Source: Deltaproteobacteria bacterium
Lineage (GTDB): Bacteria; Myxococcota_A; UBA9160; SZUA-336
Direction: 5' to 3'
NCBI GenBank assembly: GCA_031396695.1
Contig: JANNLG010000056.1
Coordinates: 3,853-67,852, forward strand
DNA length: 64,000 nt
A program made the position numbers and the translations under genes. Position 1 is the stretch's first letter; each line of letters opens with the position of its first letter. This document shows positions 1 to 9,392 of this stretch, piece by piece. The notes below the pieces were generated by a model, which saw only the letters and a list, made by a program, of their open reading frames with translations, had not been told where the DNA came from and searched no databases.

Positions 1-114
1 GCGCGAGCGCTCGGCCGGCGACCCGCCGAGCTCTCCGGCCTGTTGCTCGAGCTCGAGCTCACGGGACTGGTTCGCCGCGACGGCGCGCGCGTCGCTCGCA
101 CGCGGCCCGGCTGA
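1..114 (+). CDS. 3' end of upstream gene running into the window; C-terminal tail resembles a DprA-like winged-helix end (..[27 protein letters not shown])
   Basis: Open frame from nt 1 to TGA at 112-114 in the same orientation as trmFO. Only about 37 codons are visible, so the assignment is weak. dprA-(topA)-trmFO-xerC neighbourhoods are known in Firmicutes. Confidence 0.3.
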   Translation, partial: ARALGRRPAELSGLLLELELTGLVRRDGARVARTRPG

Positions 115-137
115 CGCGTGCGGGCTATGTTCCGCGC

Positions 138-1478
138 GTGGTTCCGGAGCGTGTGCAGGTGGTCGGAGGCGGGCTCGCGGGCTGCGAGGCGGCCTGGCAG
201 CTCGCCCGTAGAGGCGTGCCGGTGCGGCTCTACGAGATGCGCCCCCTGCGCAGCTCGCCGGCCCATTCGACCGATGCGCTCGCCGAGCTGGTCTGCTCGA
301 ACAGCCTGCGTTCCGACGCGCCCGAGAACGCGGTGGGCCTTCTGCACGAGGAGCTGCGCCGCGCGGGCTCGCTGGTGCTCGCGGCGGCCGACGCGAACCG
401 GGTGCCCGCGGGCTCCGCACTCGCGGTCGACCGGATCGCGTTCGCGCGCGCGATCAGCGAGCGGATAGAGGCCGAGCCGGCGATCGAGCTGGTGCGCGCC
501 GAAGTGACCGAGCTGCCCGAGGGGCTCGCGATCCTCGCCACCGGTCCACTCACCAGCGACGCCCTGGCGACGCAAGTGCAAGCGCTGTGCGGCGACGCGC
601 TCTACTTCTACGACTCGATCGCGCCGGTCGTGCACGCCGACAGCCTCGACCTGGACGTGATCTTCCGCGCCTCGCGTTGGCTCGATCCCGCGGAAGGCGA
701 GGGCGACTACCTGAACGTCCCGCTCTCGCGCGACGCGTATCTCGCCTTCGTCGCCGAGCTCGTCGCGGCCGAGAAGACGCCACTGCACCCGTTCGAGAAG
801 CCGCAGTACTTCGAGGGCTGCCTGCCGATCGAGGTGATGGCCGAGCGCGGGCCGCTCACGCTCGCGTTCGGGCCGATGAAGCCGGTCGGACTCGAGGACC
901 GGCGCGGCGGACCTACACCGTTCGCTGTAATGCAGCTCCGGCAGGAGGACAAGACCGGCACGCTCTACAACCTGGTCGGCTTCCAGACCAAGCTGAAGGT
1001 GGGCGAGCAGAAGCGGATCTTCCGCTCGCTGCCCGGCATGCAGAACGCGGTGTTCGCGCGCTTCGGCTCGGTGCACCGCAACACCTTCATCCGCGCGCCC
1101 GAGCTGCTCGACGAGCGGCTGCAGCACCGCGCGCGCCCGGGGCTTCACTTCGCGGGCCAGATGGCCGGCGTCGAGGGCTACGTCGAGTCGGCCGCGCTAG
1201 GCCTGCTGGCCGGCGTGTTCGTCGCGGCCAAGGCGCGCGGTGCCGAGGCGCCGCTGCCGCCGCCGACCACCGCGCTCGGCGCGCTCCTGCGTCACCTGCG
1301 CGAAGCCGACCCGCGCCACTTCCAGCCGATGAACGTGAACTTCGGCTTGTTCCCGCCGCTCGAGGGCTCCGCGGCGCGCGCCAAGCGCCGCGATCGCAAC
1401 ATCCGCACCGCTGCGCGCGCACTCGAAGCGCTCGAGCCGTGGACGCGCGCGGTCGGCGCCGCGCCCGTGGTGCCGTGA
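138..1478 (+). CDS. trmFO: Methylenetetrahydrofolate--tRNA-(uracil54-C5)-methyltransferase TrmFO (Gid)
   Basis: 446-aa ORF with N-terminal FAD-binding motif [21 protein letters not shown] and ...[11 protein letters not shown]..., closely matching the TrmFO/Gid family. GTG start at 138; GTG at 153 is an alternative. Confidence 0.9.
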   Translation: MVPERVQVVGGGLAGCEAAWQLARRGVPVRLYEMRPLRSSPAHSTDALAELVCSNSLRSDAPENAVGLLHEELRRAGSLVLAAADANRVPAGSALAVDRIAFARAISERIEAEPAIELVRAEVTELPEGLAILATGPLTSDALATQVQALCGDALYFYDSIAPVVHADSLDLDVIFRASRWLDPAEGEGDYLNVPLSRDAYLAFVAELVAAEKTPLHPFEKPQYFEGCLPIEVMAERGPLTLAFGPMKPVGLEDRRGGPTPFAVMQLRQEDKTGTLYNLVGFQTKLKVGEQKRIFRSLPGMQNAVFARFGSVHRNTFIRAPELLDERLQHRARPGLHFAGQMAGVEGYVESAALGLLAGVFVAAKARGAEAPLPPPTTALGALLRHLREADPRHFQPMNVNFGLFPPLEGSAARAKRRDRNIRTAARALEALEPWTRAVGAAPVVP

Positions 1479-2377
1479 TTCCCGAGGACGCGAAGGCGTT
1501 GGCCGCGTTCGCGCGCCATCTGGACTCCGAGCGCGGGCTCTCGAAGCACACGCTGCGCGCGTACACGTCGGAGCTGGAGCGCCTGGCGGAGCTGCCCGAG
1601 TGCGTGCGCAGCGGCGGCCTCGATCGGATCGATGCGCTGACGGTGCGCTCGTACCTGGCGAGCTTCCACCGCACGCACAAGCCGTCGACGCGCAATCGAC
1701 GGCTGGCGGCGCTGCGCTCGTTCTTCCGCTTCCGCGTGCGCGGCGGGGAGCGCGTGGCCGATCCGACCGACGGCCTGCCCGGTCCGAAGGCCGGTCTGCG
1801 CCTGCCGTCCCCGCTCTCGGCCGAAGACTGCGAGCGGCTCGTCGAAGTCGAAGAGGCCGATCGCACGCCGCGGCTCGCGATCCGCGACCGCGCGCTGTTC
1901 GAGCTGCTCTACGGCACGGGGCTGCGCGTGGGCGAGCTCGCCAGCTTGCGCGTGCGCGACTGGGACGCGCACCGGCGCGAGCTGCGCGTGTTCGGCAAGG
2001 GCCGCAAGGAGCGCGTCGTGCCCGTGCCGGCCAAGGCGCGCCAAGCTCTCGTGGACTGGCTGGCGCTGCGTGAGCCGAAGGGCCTGCTCGCGCAGGCACT
2101 GTTCACCAATGCGCGCGGCGGCGCGCTCTCCGACCGCGGCGTGCGCGTGATCCTGCGCCGGCGCATGCGGGTCGCGGGCATCGCGCGGCCGGCCAGCCCG
2201 CACACGCTGCGCCACTCCTACGCCACGCACCTGCTCGACGCGGATGTCGATCTGCGCGCGATCCAGGAGCTGCTCGGCCACGAGCGGCTCTCCACCACGC
2301 AGCGCTACACGCACGTCTCCGCCGAGCGTCTGGCGCGGATCTACCGGCAGGCGCACCCGCGGGCGAAGGGCCCGTAG
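1475..2377 (+). CDS. xerC: Tyrosine site-specific recombinase XerC/XerD
   Basis: C-terminal catalytic region with [12 protein letters not shown] and [16 protein letters not shown] (the conserved R..H..R..Y catalytic residues). GTG start at 1475 overlaps the trmFO stop (GTGA), the classic trmFO-xerC arrangement. The ORF-track start at 587 is an upstream run-on. Confidence 0.85.
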   Translation: MIPEDAKALAAFARHLDSERGLSKHTLRAYTSELERLAELPECVRSGGLDRIDALTVRSYLASFHRTHKPSTRNRRLAALRSFFRFRVRGGERVADPTDGLPGPKAGLRLPSPLSAEDCERLVEVEEADRTPRLAIRDRALFELLYGTGLRVGELASLRVRDWDAHRRELRVFGKGRKERVVPVPAKARQALVDWLALREPKGLLAQALFTNARGGALSDRGVRVILRRRMRVAGIARPASPHTLRHSYATHLLDADVDLRAIQELLGHERLSTTQRYTHVSAERLARIYRQAHPRAKGP

Positions 2378-2454
2378 CGCGGCCGGATTTGTGCGGATCC
2401 CCGCAGAGCCGCACAATGCGCGCGCGACCCAACGAGCGATTCGGTAAGGACCCG

Positions 2455-3324
2455 ATGGAAGAGCTGATCCGCAAGGCCCAGATCCTGGTCGAGGCGCTGC
2501 CGTACATCCGCAGCTTCAGCGACAAGACCGTCGTGATCAAATACGGCGGCGCGGCCATGGAGAACGACGCGCTCAAGGCCTCGTTCGCGAAGGACGTGAC
2601 ACTGCTGCGGTTCATCGGTCTGCGGGTGGTGATCGTGCACGGTGGCGGGCCGCAGATCGGCAAGCTCCTGGAACGCCTCGGCAAGCAGACCGAGTTCGTC
2701 GACGGCGTGCGCGTGACCGACGACGAGACCATGGAGGTCGTCGAGATGGTGCTCGGCGGCCAGATCAACGGCGAGATCGTGTCGCTGATCGGCGAGGCGG
2801 GGGGCCAGGCGATCGGCCTCACTGGCAAGGACGCCGGCGGCTTTCTGCGCGTGAAGAAGCTGCTCGGCCCGGGCGGTCGCGATCTCGGCCGCGTCGGCGC
2901 GCCCGAACGCGTCGACGTCTCGCTGATCCGCACTCTGACCAAGGACGGCTTCATCCCGGTGATCGCTCCGGTCGGCGTCGACGCCGCGGGCGACACCTAC
3001 AACGTGAACGCCGACACCGCGGCAGGCGCGATCGCCGAGGCGCTCGCGGCCGAGAAGTTGATGCTGCTCACCGACGTGGTCGGCGTGCTCGACGAGGACA
3101 AGAACCTGATCGCGCAAATGAGCGAGGCCGACGTGCGCAGCGCGATCGGCGACGGCACCGTGAAGGGCGGCATGATTCCGAAGCTCGAGTGCGCCGTGCA
3201 CGCGCTCGAGTACGGCGTGACGGCCGCGCACATCATCGACGGTCGCGTGCCGCACGCGCTCCTGCTCGAGATCTTCACCGATGGCGGCGTGGGGACGAAG
3301 CTTGTCCGCAACCCGATCCGCTGA
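2455..3324 (+). CDS. argB: Acetylglutamate kinase ArgB
   Basis: MEELIRKAQILVEALPYIRSFSDKTVVIKYGGAAM... matches the amino-acid kinase family (ArgB). ATG at 2455 is preceded by AAGGA. Confidence 0.9.
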   Translation: MEELIRKAQILVEALPYIRSFSDKTVVIKYGGAAMENDALKASFAKDVTLLRFIGLRVVIVHGGGPQIGKLLERLGKQTEFVDGVRVTDDETMEVVEMVLGGQINGEIVSLIGEAGGQAIGLTGKDAGGFLRVKKLLGPGGRDLGRVGAPERVDVSLIRTLTKDGFIPVIAPVGVDAAGDTYNVNADTAAGAIAEALAAEKLMLLTDVVGVLDEDKNLIAQMSEADVRSAIGDGTVKGGMIPKLECAVHALEYGVTAAHIIDGRVPHALLLEIFTDGGVGTKLVRNPIR

Positions 3325-4249
3325 AAGGGCGCCCAAGGACTTCCTCTCGATCGCGGACTGGCCGCGCGACGAGGTCGAGCGCATGCTCGCGCGCGCGGTC
3401 GAGCTGAAGGCGCTGCGCAAGCTCCGCACGCCGGTGCGCTCGCTCGAGGGCTGCTCGGTGCTGCTCTACTTCGCCAAGCCCAGCCTGCGCACGTTCGTGA
3501 CCTTCGAGGTCGGCGTCGTCGAGCTCGGCGGCTTTCCGGTCTACCTGCCGCCCGGCCAGGTGCAGATCGGCGAGCGCGAGCCGACGGAGGACGTGGCGCG
3601 CAACCTGTCGCGCTGGTGTCATGCAATCGTGGCGCGCACCTACGGCCACGACGTGATCGAGTCGCTTGCCACGCACGCGAGCGTGCCCGTGATCAACGCG
3701 CTCACCGACCGGCTGCACCCGTGCCAGGCGATGGCCGACGCGCTCACCATCCTCGAGCACGGAGACCTGCGCCGCGACGAGCTCTGCTACGTCGGCGACG
3801 GCAACAACATGTGTCACTCGCTCCTGAACCTGGCGGGCTGTCTCGGCATGCGCCTGGTCGTGAGCACCCCGCCCGGCTACGCGCCCGACGCCGGGATCGC
3901 CAAGCGCGCCAGCGACCTGGCCACGCGCAACGGCGGCCAGATCCGCTTCGTCGCCGATCCGCACGAGGCGGTGAAGTCCGCGAGCTTCATCTACACCGAC
4001 GTGTGGGCCAGCATGGGACAGGAGGCGGAAGCCGAGCAGCGGCGCGTGCTCTTCCGCCCGTACCAGGTCAACGCCGCGCTGTTCGCCTCGGCGCCCGCGC
4101 ACGCCAAGCTCCTGCACTGCCTGCCCGCGCACCGCGACGAGGAAATCACCGCGGACGTGTTCGAGTCCGGGCGCTCGATCGTGTTCGACCAGGCCGAGAA
4201 CCGCCTGCACGCGCAGAAGGCCATCCTGGAGCGCCTGATCTCAGCCTGA
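3281..4249 (+). CDS. argF: Ornithine carbamoyltransferase ArgF
   Basis: Carbamoyl-phosphate motif (STRTR) present as SLRTF, plus ..HCLPAHRDEEIT.. characteristic of ornithine carbamoyltransferase. The ATG at 3281 overlaps argB by 44 nt; the true start may be slightly downstream and non-canonical. Confidence 0.85.
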   Translation: MAAWGRSLSATRSAERAPKDFLSIADWPRDEVERMLARAVELKALRKLRTPVRSLEGCSVLLYFAKPSLRTFVTFEVGVVELGGFPVYLPPGQVQIGEREPTEDVARNLSRWCHAIVARTYGHDVIESLATHASVPVINALTDRLHPCQAMADALTILEHGDLRRDELCYVGDGNNMCHSLLNLAGCLGMRLVVSTPPGYAPDAGIAKRASDLATRNGGQIRFVADPHEAVKSASFIYTDVWASMGQEAEAEQRRVLFRPYQVNAALFASAPAHAKLLHCLPAHRDEEITADVFESGRSIVFDQAENRLHAQKAILERLISA

Positions 4250-4330
4250 GCCCGGCAGCGCGCGACACGCCCGCCAACGACGCCGTCTTGCGCCTGGCTT
4301 GCTCAACTTCAGGCTGAGCGACCCCGATAG

Positions 4331-4369
4331 CTTCGATGCAAGTTTGCATGTTGCTTGTGCGCATCGAAG
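4331..4369. promoter_or_regulatory. Nested palindromic operator candidate upstream of the J-domain/Hsp70 operon
   Basis: CTTCGATGC ... GCATCGAAG (9-bp inverted repeat) encloses the AT-rich perfect palindrome ATGCAA-GT-TTGCAT (4336-4349). It ends 10 nt before the ATG at 4380. Confidence 0.35.
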
Positions 4370-4379
4370 TGGAGGCGGG

Positions 4380-5393
4380 ATGAGTTCGAGCCACGATCCC
4401 GAGGCGGCCTCGGCCGAGACCTCGCGAGCGACCGTGCGCGTCGATCTGCCGGAGACATTCCAGGCGGAGATCCGCGGGCTCGCGCGCGCGCTGCCCGGGC
4501 TCGACTACTTCGCGATCCTCGGTGTGTCGCGCGCCGCGACCGCCGACGAGATCCGCGACGCGTTCTTCGAGCGCTCGAAGACTTTTCATCCCGACCGCTA
4601 TTTCAAGAAAGAGCTCGGTCCGTACGCGGGGCTCTTGACCGAGATCTACAAGCGCATCGTCGCCGCACACGACGTGCTGCGCGACACGAAGCTGCGCGCC
4701 AGCTACACGCGCACGCTCAGCGACACGACCAGCTCCGCGAAGCCGTCGCCGTTCGCGACGCGGCCGAAGCCCGCCGCGAAGCCCGCCGCCGCCACGCCCG
4801 GCGCGCGCGGCTCGTCGCTGCGCAACCGCTTGGGCCTGCAATCGCCCGGACTCGTGCTCGACTCGCTGCAGAAGCAGCTCGAGCAGAGCCGCGCGCGCGC
4901 CTGCAAGCACTTCGAAGCCGCGCTCGGCTACAAAGCCAGCGGCGACTGGGCGCGCGCCGCGCAGCTCGTGGAGCTCGCGCTCGCCTTCGACCCGCGCGAG
5001 AAGCAGTACCACGAGGAGCTCGCCGAGATCCTGCCGCGCGCGAACACCGATCGCGCCGCCGACGTGCGCCGCAAGGCCGAGCTGCTCCTGCACGGCGATC
5101 GCGCCGGCGCGGCGGAGCTGCTCGAAGAAGCCGCCCAGCTCATGCCGACCGACGCGGAGCTCGCGCACAAGCTCTCGAACCTGCTGCTGGCGATCGGCGG
5201 CGATCTCGCCAAGGCCGCGCTGTACGGCGAACGAGCGGTCGCGCTCGACGAGGACGATCTGCGCTTCCGCAAGGCGCTGGCTGCGGTCTACCGCCAGTCC
5301 GGCGAGCCGCAGAAGGCTCGCAAGCACCTGCAGCGCGCCTGGGAGCTCGATCCGCTGGACAAGGAGATCCGACTGGCCTTGCAGACACTGTGA
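4380..5393 (+). CDS. J-domain (DnaJ-like) protein with C-terminal TPR-like helical repeats
   Basis: J-domain DYFAILGVSRAATADEIRDAFFERSKTFHPDRY (HPD motif conserved). ATG at 4380 is preceded by GGAGG. A Pro/Ala-rich linker is followed by TPR-like repeats. Confidence 0.8.
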   Translation: MSSSHDPEAASAETSRATVRVDLPETFQAEIRGLARALPGLDYFAILGVSRAATADEIRDAFFERSKTFHPDRYFKKELGPYAGLLTEIYKRIVAAHDVLRDTKLRASYTRTLSDTTSSAKPSPFATRPKPAAKPAAATPGARGSSLRNRLGLQSPGLVLDSLQKQLEQSRARACKHFEAALGYKASGDWARAAQLVELALAFDPREKQYHEELAEILPRANTDRAADVRRKAELLLHGDRAGAAELLEEAAQLMPTDAELAHKLSNLLLAIGGDLAKAALYGERAVALDEDDLRFRKALAAVYRQSGEPQKARKHLQRAWELDPLDKEIRLALQTL

Positions 5394-5420
5394 GGTGTCG
5401 GCAGTCATGAGGGAAGGACG

Positions 5421-6998
5421 ATGAGTCGAGTAATCGGAATCGATCTGGGAACGACGAACTCGTGCGTGGCGATCCTCGAGGAGGGCCAGCCGGTCGTGAT
5501 CCCCAACACCGGTGGCTACAAGACGACTCCCTCGATCTTCGCGGTCACGGAAGAGGGCAAGCGGCTGGTCGGACATCTGGCCAAGCGCCAGGCCGTCACC
5601 AACGCGAAGAACACGGTCTATGCGGCGAAGCGCCTGATCGGCCGCTCGTTCGACTCGCCCGAGGTCGCGAGCTTCAAGTCGCTACTGCCCTACGAGCTGG
5701 CCGAGGGTCCGAACAACGACGTGCGCGTGCGCGTCGCCGGCCGCGTGTACACGATCCCGGAGATCTCCGGCATCGTGCTGCGCGAGATGAAGCGTGTCGC
5801 CGAGGAGTACCTGGGCGACACCGTGCAGCAGGCGGTCATCACCGTGCCCGCGTACTTCAACGACGCGCAGCGCCAGACCACGCGCGACGCGGGCCGCATC
5901 GCGGGCCTCGAGCTTCTGCGCATCATCAACGAGCCGACCGCGGCGGCGCTGGCCTACGGCTTCGGCCGCGACAAGACCGAGGTCGTGGCGGTCTACGATC
6001 TGGGAGGCGGCACCTTCGACGTCTCGATCCTGCAGATGGGCAAGGGCGTGATCGAGGTGCTCGCGACCAACGGCGACACGCAGCTCGGCGGCGAGGACTT
6101 CGACCGCCGCATCGTGCAGTTCCTGCTCTCGTCGTTCAAAGAGAAGGAAGGCCTCGACCTCGCCGGCGACACCATGGCGCTGCAGCGGCTGAAGGACGCT
6201 TCGGAGAAGGCGAAGTGCGACCTGTCGCAGGTCGCCTCCTCCGAGATCAACCTGCCGTTCATTGCCGCGGACGCGGAAGAGAACGCGCTGCACATGAGCG
6301 TGGTGCTCTCGCGCGAGCAGCTCGAGGAGCTCACGTCGGAGCTGGTCGAGCGCACGCGGGGCATCGTGCAGCGCGCGTTCGACGACGCGAACGTCAGCGC
6401 GGCGCAGATCGACCAGGTGCTCCTGGTCGGCGGCCAGACGCGCATGCCGCTGGTGCAGCGCTTCGTCGCACAGCTGTTCGGAAAGACGCCGCACAAGGGC
6501 GTGAATCCCGACGAGGTCGTGGCGGTCGGCGCGGCAATCCAGGCCGCGATGCTCTCCGAGGAGAAGGAAGGCCCGCTGCTCGTCGACGTCACGCCGCTGT
6601 CGCTCGGCATCGCGACCTTCGGCGGTCACTTCGCGCGCTTGATCGACCGCAACACCACCGTGCCGACCTCGCGCCAGGAGATCTTCACCACCACGCGCGA
6701 CAACCAGACGGCCGTGAAGATCCGCGTGTTGCAGGGCGAGAGCGAGCGCGCCGACGACAACGATCTGCTCGGCGAGTTCGTGCTGGCGGGAATCCCGCAG
6801 GGCCCGAAGGGCGGACCCGAGATCGAGGTCACGTTCGACATCGACGCGAACGGCATCGTCTCGGTCTCGGCGCGCGATCTGGCGACCGGGCGCGCGCAGT
6901 CGATCCAAGTCAATCCGCGCGGCACGCTCTCGCCCGAGGAGATCGAGCGGCTGGCGAGACAGTACGACCAAGGCAACGAGGTGGCGGTCAAAGGCTAG
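5421..6998 (+). CDS. Hsp70-family chaperone (DnaK paralogue) lacking the C-terminal alpha-helical lid
   Basis: [25 protein letters not shown] and [13 protein letters not shown] Hsp70 nucleotide-binding-domain signatures, with a substrate-binding beta domain. The protein ends about 110 aa short of canonical DnaK (525 aa). ATG is preceded by GGGAAGGA. Confidence 0.85.
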   Translation: MSRVIGIDLGTTNSCVAILEEGQPVVIPNTGGYKTTPSIFAVTEEGKRLVGHLAKRQAVTNAKNTVYAAKRLIGRSFDSPEVASFKSLLPYELAEGPNNDVRVRVAGRVYTIPEISGIVLREMKRVAEEYLGDTVQQAVITVPAYFNDAQRQTTRDAGRIAGLELLRIINEPTAAALAYGFGRDKTEVVAVYDLGGGTFDVSILQMGKGVIEVLATNGDTQLGGEDFDRRIVQFLLSSFKEKEGLDLAGDTMALQRLKDASEKAKCDLSQVASSEINLPFIAADAEENALHMSVVLSREQLEELTSELVERTRGIVQRAFDDANVSAAQIDQVLLVGGQTRMPLVQRFVAQLFGKTPHKGVNPDEVVAVGAAIQAAMLSEEKEGPLLVDVTPLSLGIATFGGHFARLIDRNTTVPTSRQEIFTTTRDNQTAVKIRVLQGESERADDNDLLGEFVLAGIPQGPKGGPEIEVTFDIDANGIVSVSARDLATGRAQSIQVNPRGTLSPEEIERLARQYDQGNEVAVKG

Positions 6999-7001
6999 GG
7001 T

Positions 7002-7700
7002 TTGGGCGATTCACGACACGATGAAGTGACGCGCTTGCTGAAGCGAGGGCTCAACCACTACGGGTTGGGCGATCTCGAAGGGGCGATTGCGTGCTGGGAA
7101 CAGGCGCGCGCGCTCGACCCCGAGAACCAGGCCGTGCACGACTACCTCGAGACCGCCTACGAGGAGAACGGTGGCGCGCGCAAGAAGGCCGCGCCGCCTC
7201 GCGTCGCCGCCAAGCCCGCCAGCGGATTCCCGCCGCCGCGCGAGAAGAAGCCCGCGCCGGGCAAGATCGTCACCGACGACGACGACACGCCCAAGAGCGG
7301 CCCGATCATCGAGTTCGAGGCCGAAGACGATCCCGACACGCAGCTCCAGCTCGCCCTGCAGTCCTACAAAGAAGGGCGTTACGACGACGCCTGGCGCGAG
7401 CTGAACGAGGTCGCGAAGACGCAGCCGGGCCGGCTCGACGTGCAGGGCTACCTGCAGCTGGTGCGCACCGAACGCGCGCAGACCTGGGCCAAGGAGATCG
7501 GCGATCAGGGCCGCGTGTTGAAGCGCAAGATCACGACCGCGCAGATCATGCAGCTCAAGCTCAAGCCCGACGAGGGCTTCATGCTCGCGCAGATCGACGG
7601 CCGGCTGTCGATCGCCGACCTGATCAGCCTGTCCACCTCCGATCGCGTGCGCACGCTCGAAGTCATCGCCAAGCTGCTCAGGGACGAGATCGTCGAGTAG
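7002..7700 (+). CDS. TPR-like protein with Pro/Lys/Asp-rich linker and a conserved C-terminal module (..FMLAQIDGRLSIADLISLSTSDRVRTLEVIAKLL..)
   Basis: Starts 3 nt after the Hsp70 stop (TTG 7002 or a nearby GTG). N-terminal TPR-like helices. The C-terminal roughly 60 aa look like a conserved domain of unknown function. Confidence 0.6.
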   Translation: MGDSRHDEVTRLLKRGLNHYGLGDLEGAIACWEQARALDPENQAVHDYLETAYEENGGARKKAAPPRVAAKPASGFPPPREKKPAPGKIVTDDDDTPKSGPIIEFEAEDDPDTQLQLALQSYKEGRYDDAWRELNEVAKTQPGRLDVQGYLQLVRTERAQTWAKEIGDQGRVLKRKITTAQIMQLKLKPDEGFMLAQIDGRLSIADLISLSTSDRVRTLEVIAKLLRDEIVE

Positions 7701-7716
7701 ATGCCTTAGCGGGGCC

Positions 7717-7738
7717 CGGCGCGCGGACGTCCGCGCGC
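7717..7738. terminator. Perfect 22-nt palindrome GGCGCGCGGACGTCCGCGCGCC between convergent genes
   Basis: Self-complementary over its entire length. It lies between the TPR gene stop (7700) and the ABC1 kinase stop (7841). There is no U-tract, so it may be a bidirectional terminator or an RNA/processing hairpin. Confidence 0.4.
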
Positions 7739-7840
7739 CACCCGAACTACGTTCGCCTTCGGCTCGCTGCGCGGCGCGCGCTTCGCGCGCACCTTGCTCG
7801 GAGTGCTGCGGATGCCGTCGTCGGACGTGTGTTGCTACGC

Positions 7841-9145
7841 TCAGCCGGGTCCCGCGGTGACGAACCTCAAGAGGTGCGGCAGGAAGCGCGGCATCGGATC
7901 GGCGCCGGGGGCGATGCGTTCGGACAGGTTGTAGACGTGCGCGAGCGTGCGCGCCCAGAGCAGCAGCTCGTGCGGAACGCGGAATGCTCCGCTCTCGCGC
8001 ACCAGTCGCTTGCCGAGCGACTTGAGCGATTGGATTCCGGAGGCGCTCGCGCCGAGCGCGCTGGCGGCGCCCGCGTCGAGCGCTTCGACGAGCGCGGCGC
8101 GCGCTTCGCGCTCGCGACCGGGCACCACCGCGCGCAAACGCACGAGCCCCGCGAGCAACGCATCGACGTCGCGTTTCAAGAGCGCCTGGAAGCCCAGCCG
8201 CAGCTCCTCGCGCAGCGTAGGCGAGAGCCGCTCCGCCAGCCCGAAGTCGATGAACAACACGCGCGGCGCGGAGCCGGGCTCGTCCACGACGTACAGGTTG
8301 CCCGCGTGCGGATCGGCGTGGAACAGACCGTGCCCGAAGACCTGGCGTCCGTACGCGTCGGCGACGATGCCGAGCACGGCTTCGGGCGCGATGCCGCGCG
8401 CTGCGAGCGCCTCGCGATCGTCGAGGCGCGTGCGCGGCACGTAGTCGAGCGTGAGCACGCTCTTGGCGCTCGCGTTCCAGTGTACGCGCGGCACCACCAC
8501 GCGGGCGTCGTCCACCAGATCGCGCGCGATCGACTCCGCGACGCGCCCCTCGAGCTCGAAGTCGATTTCGCGCAGCAGCGCGCCGTGTAGCTGGTCGAAC
8601 AGCTCGCCGCTGTCGTGTCCGCCGAGCCAGGGTCTCAACAGCCACGCCGCGCGGCGCAGGTTGCGCACGTCCTGCGTGATTCTTGCCGGCGTCAGCTCCG
8701 CGTGCCGCACCTTCACGGCGACCTGGCTTCCGTCGCGCAGCCGCGCGCGGTGCACCTGCGCGATCGAGGCGGTGCCGAGCGGGACGGGATCGATCCAGGC
8801 AAAGCGCTCGCTCGAGCCGAGCGCGCGCGCGAGCTGCGCGCGGATGGTCGCGAAAGGCACGGCCGGCGCGGCGTCGCCCAGCGCGTCGAGCGGCGCACGA
8901 AACTCATCCGAAAGTGCGTCGACGCGCGTCGCGAGGTGGTGCCCCAGCTTGGTGTAGATCCCGCGCAGCGAGCCGAGCGCTGCGGCGATGCGCCGACCGG
9001 CGTCCGCGTCGCGCTCGGCGCGCGTTCGACGCCCCCTGAACGGCCCGTAGTCGCTCGCAGCGGCGCGAACGGCTGCACCCGCGAGTGTTCGCATCGCCGA
9101 GCGCGCGCGAGGCGGCGCTTTCGCCCGTGCCGTCATGCGGCGCAT
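7841..9145 (-). CDS. ABC1/UbiB-family atypical protein kinase
   Basis: AarF/ABC1 signatures ASIAQVHRA and HADPHAGNLYV (catalytic loop). The exact start among the N-terminal Met codons is uncertain. Confidence 0.8.
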   Translation of the reverse strand: MRRMTARAKAPPRARSAMRTLAGAAVRAAASDYGPFRGRRTRAERDADAGRRIAAALGSLRGIYTKLGHHLATRVDALSDEFRAPLDALGDAAPAVPFATIRAQLARALGSSERFAWIDPVPLGTASIAQVHRARLRDGSQVAVKVRHAELTPARITQDVRNLRRAAWLLRPWLGGHDSGELFDQLHGALLREIDFELEGRVAESIARDLVDDARVVVPRVHWNASAKSVLTLDYVPRTRLDDREALAARGIAPEAVLGIVADAYGRQVFGHGLFHADPHAGNLYVVDEPGSAPRVLFIDFGLAERLSPTLREELRLGFQALLKRDVDALLAGLVRLRAVVPGREREARAALVEALDAGAASALGASASGIQSLKSLGKRLVRESGAFRVPHELLLWARTLAHVYNLSERIAPGADPMPRFLPHLLRFVTAGPG

Positions 9146-9154
9146 TCTAGACGC

Positions 9155-9170
9155 GACGCATCATTGCGTC
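9155..9170. promoter_or_regulatory. Inverted repeat GACGCA-TCAT-TGCGTC in the divergent ABC1-kinase / Ycf48-RND promoter region
   Basis: 6-bp arms with a 4-nt spacer, 10 nt upstream of the ABC1 kinase ORF start. Confidence 0.25.
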
Positions 9171-9232
9171 TGCACGACACGCGCGAAGTTGCGCAGAGGT
9201 TGCGCATTCCTGTGTTCGATCGCCCCCTAAGC

Positions 9233-9259
9233 TTGACACCGGGATCGCCCCCGTAATAG
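9233..9259 (+). promoter_or_regulatory. Candidate sigma70-type promoter (TTGACA-15 nt-TAATAG) for the Ycf48-like/RND/outer-membrane operon
   Basis: A consensus -35 hexamer and an AT-rich -10-like hexamer stand out in 70% GC DNA, about 135 nt upstream of the start. Confidence 0.25.
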
Positions 9260-9392
9260 AAACGGCCACCGGTCTTCGCCATCGCGCGCCTTCTTCCCGA
9301 AGGAGCCGCTGCGAGTTGTATACCGCGACGACCGGTCGTTTTCGTTTCCAGAGTGCGGCGCGAAGCGCTGCAGGTTTTGACCGGGAGGGGCA

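Noticed and set aside
587-2377. 596-aa ORF in the track extending the xerC frame about 900 nt upstream through trmFO
   Set aside because: The N-terminal 300 aa are Arg/Ala/Pro low-complexity antisense or out-of-frame to the well-supported trmFO gene. A GTG at 1475 gives a normal-length XerC that overlaps the trmFO stop in the canonical way.
1475-2377. Tyrosine recombinase as a sign of an integrated mobile element
   Set aside because: The trmFO-xerC synteny and housekeeping flanks (arg genes) indicate the chromosomal dif recombinase. There are no att-like direct repeats, phage or transposase genes, or compositional shift nearby.
3281-3330. 44-nt overlap of argF with argB suggesting a mis-called start or programmed event
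   Set aside because: The homologue alignment places the real N-terminus a few codons upstream of KDFLSIADW, where no ATG, GTG or TTG exists. The most parsimonious reading is a slightly overlapping ATG start or a rare initiator; there is no evidence for anything more exotic.
4240-4318. Long-range 10-bp inverted repeat (CTCAGCCTGAG ... CTTCAGGCTGAG) spanning the argF stop
   Set aside because: The 58-nt loop makes a stable terminator hairpin unlikely, and part of it lies inside the coding sequence. Noted only as a weak possibility.
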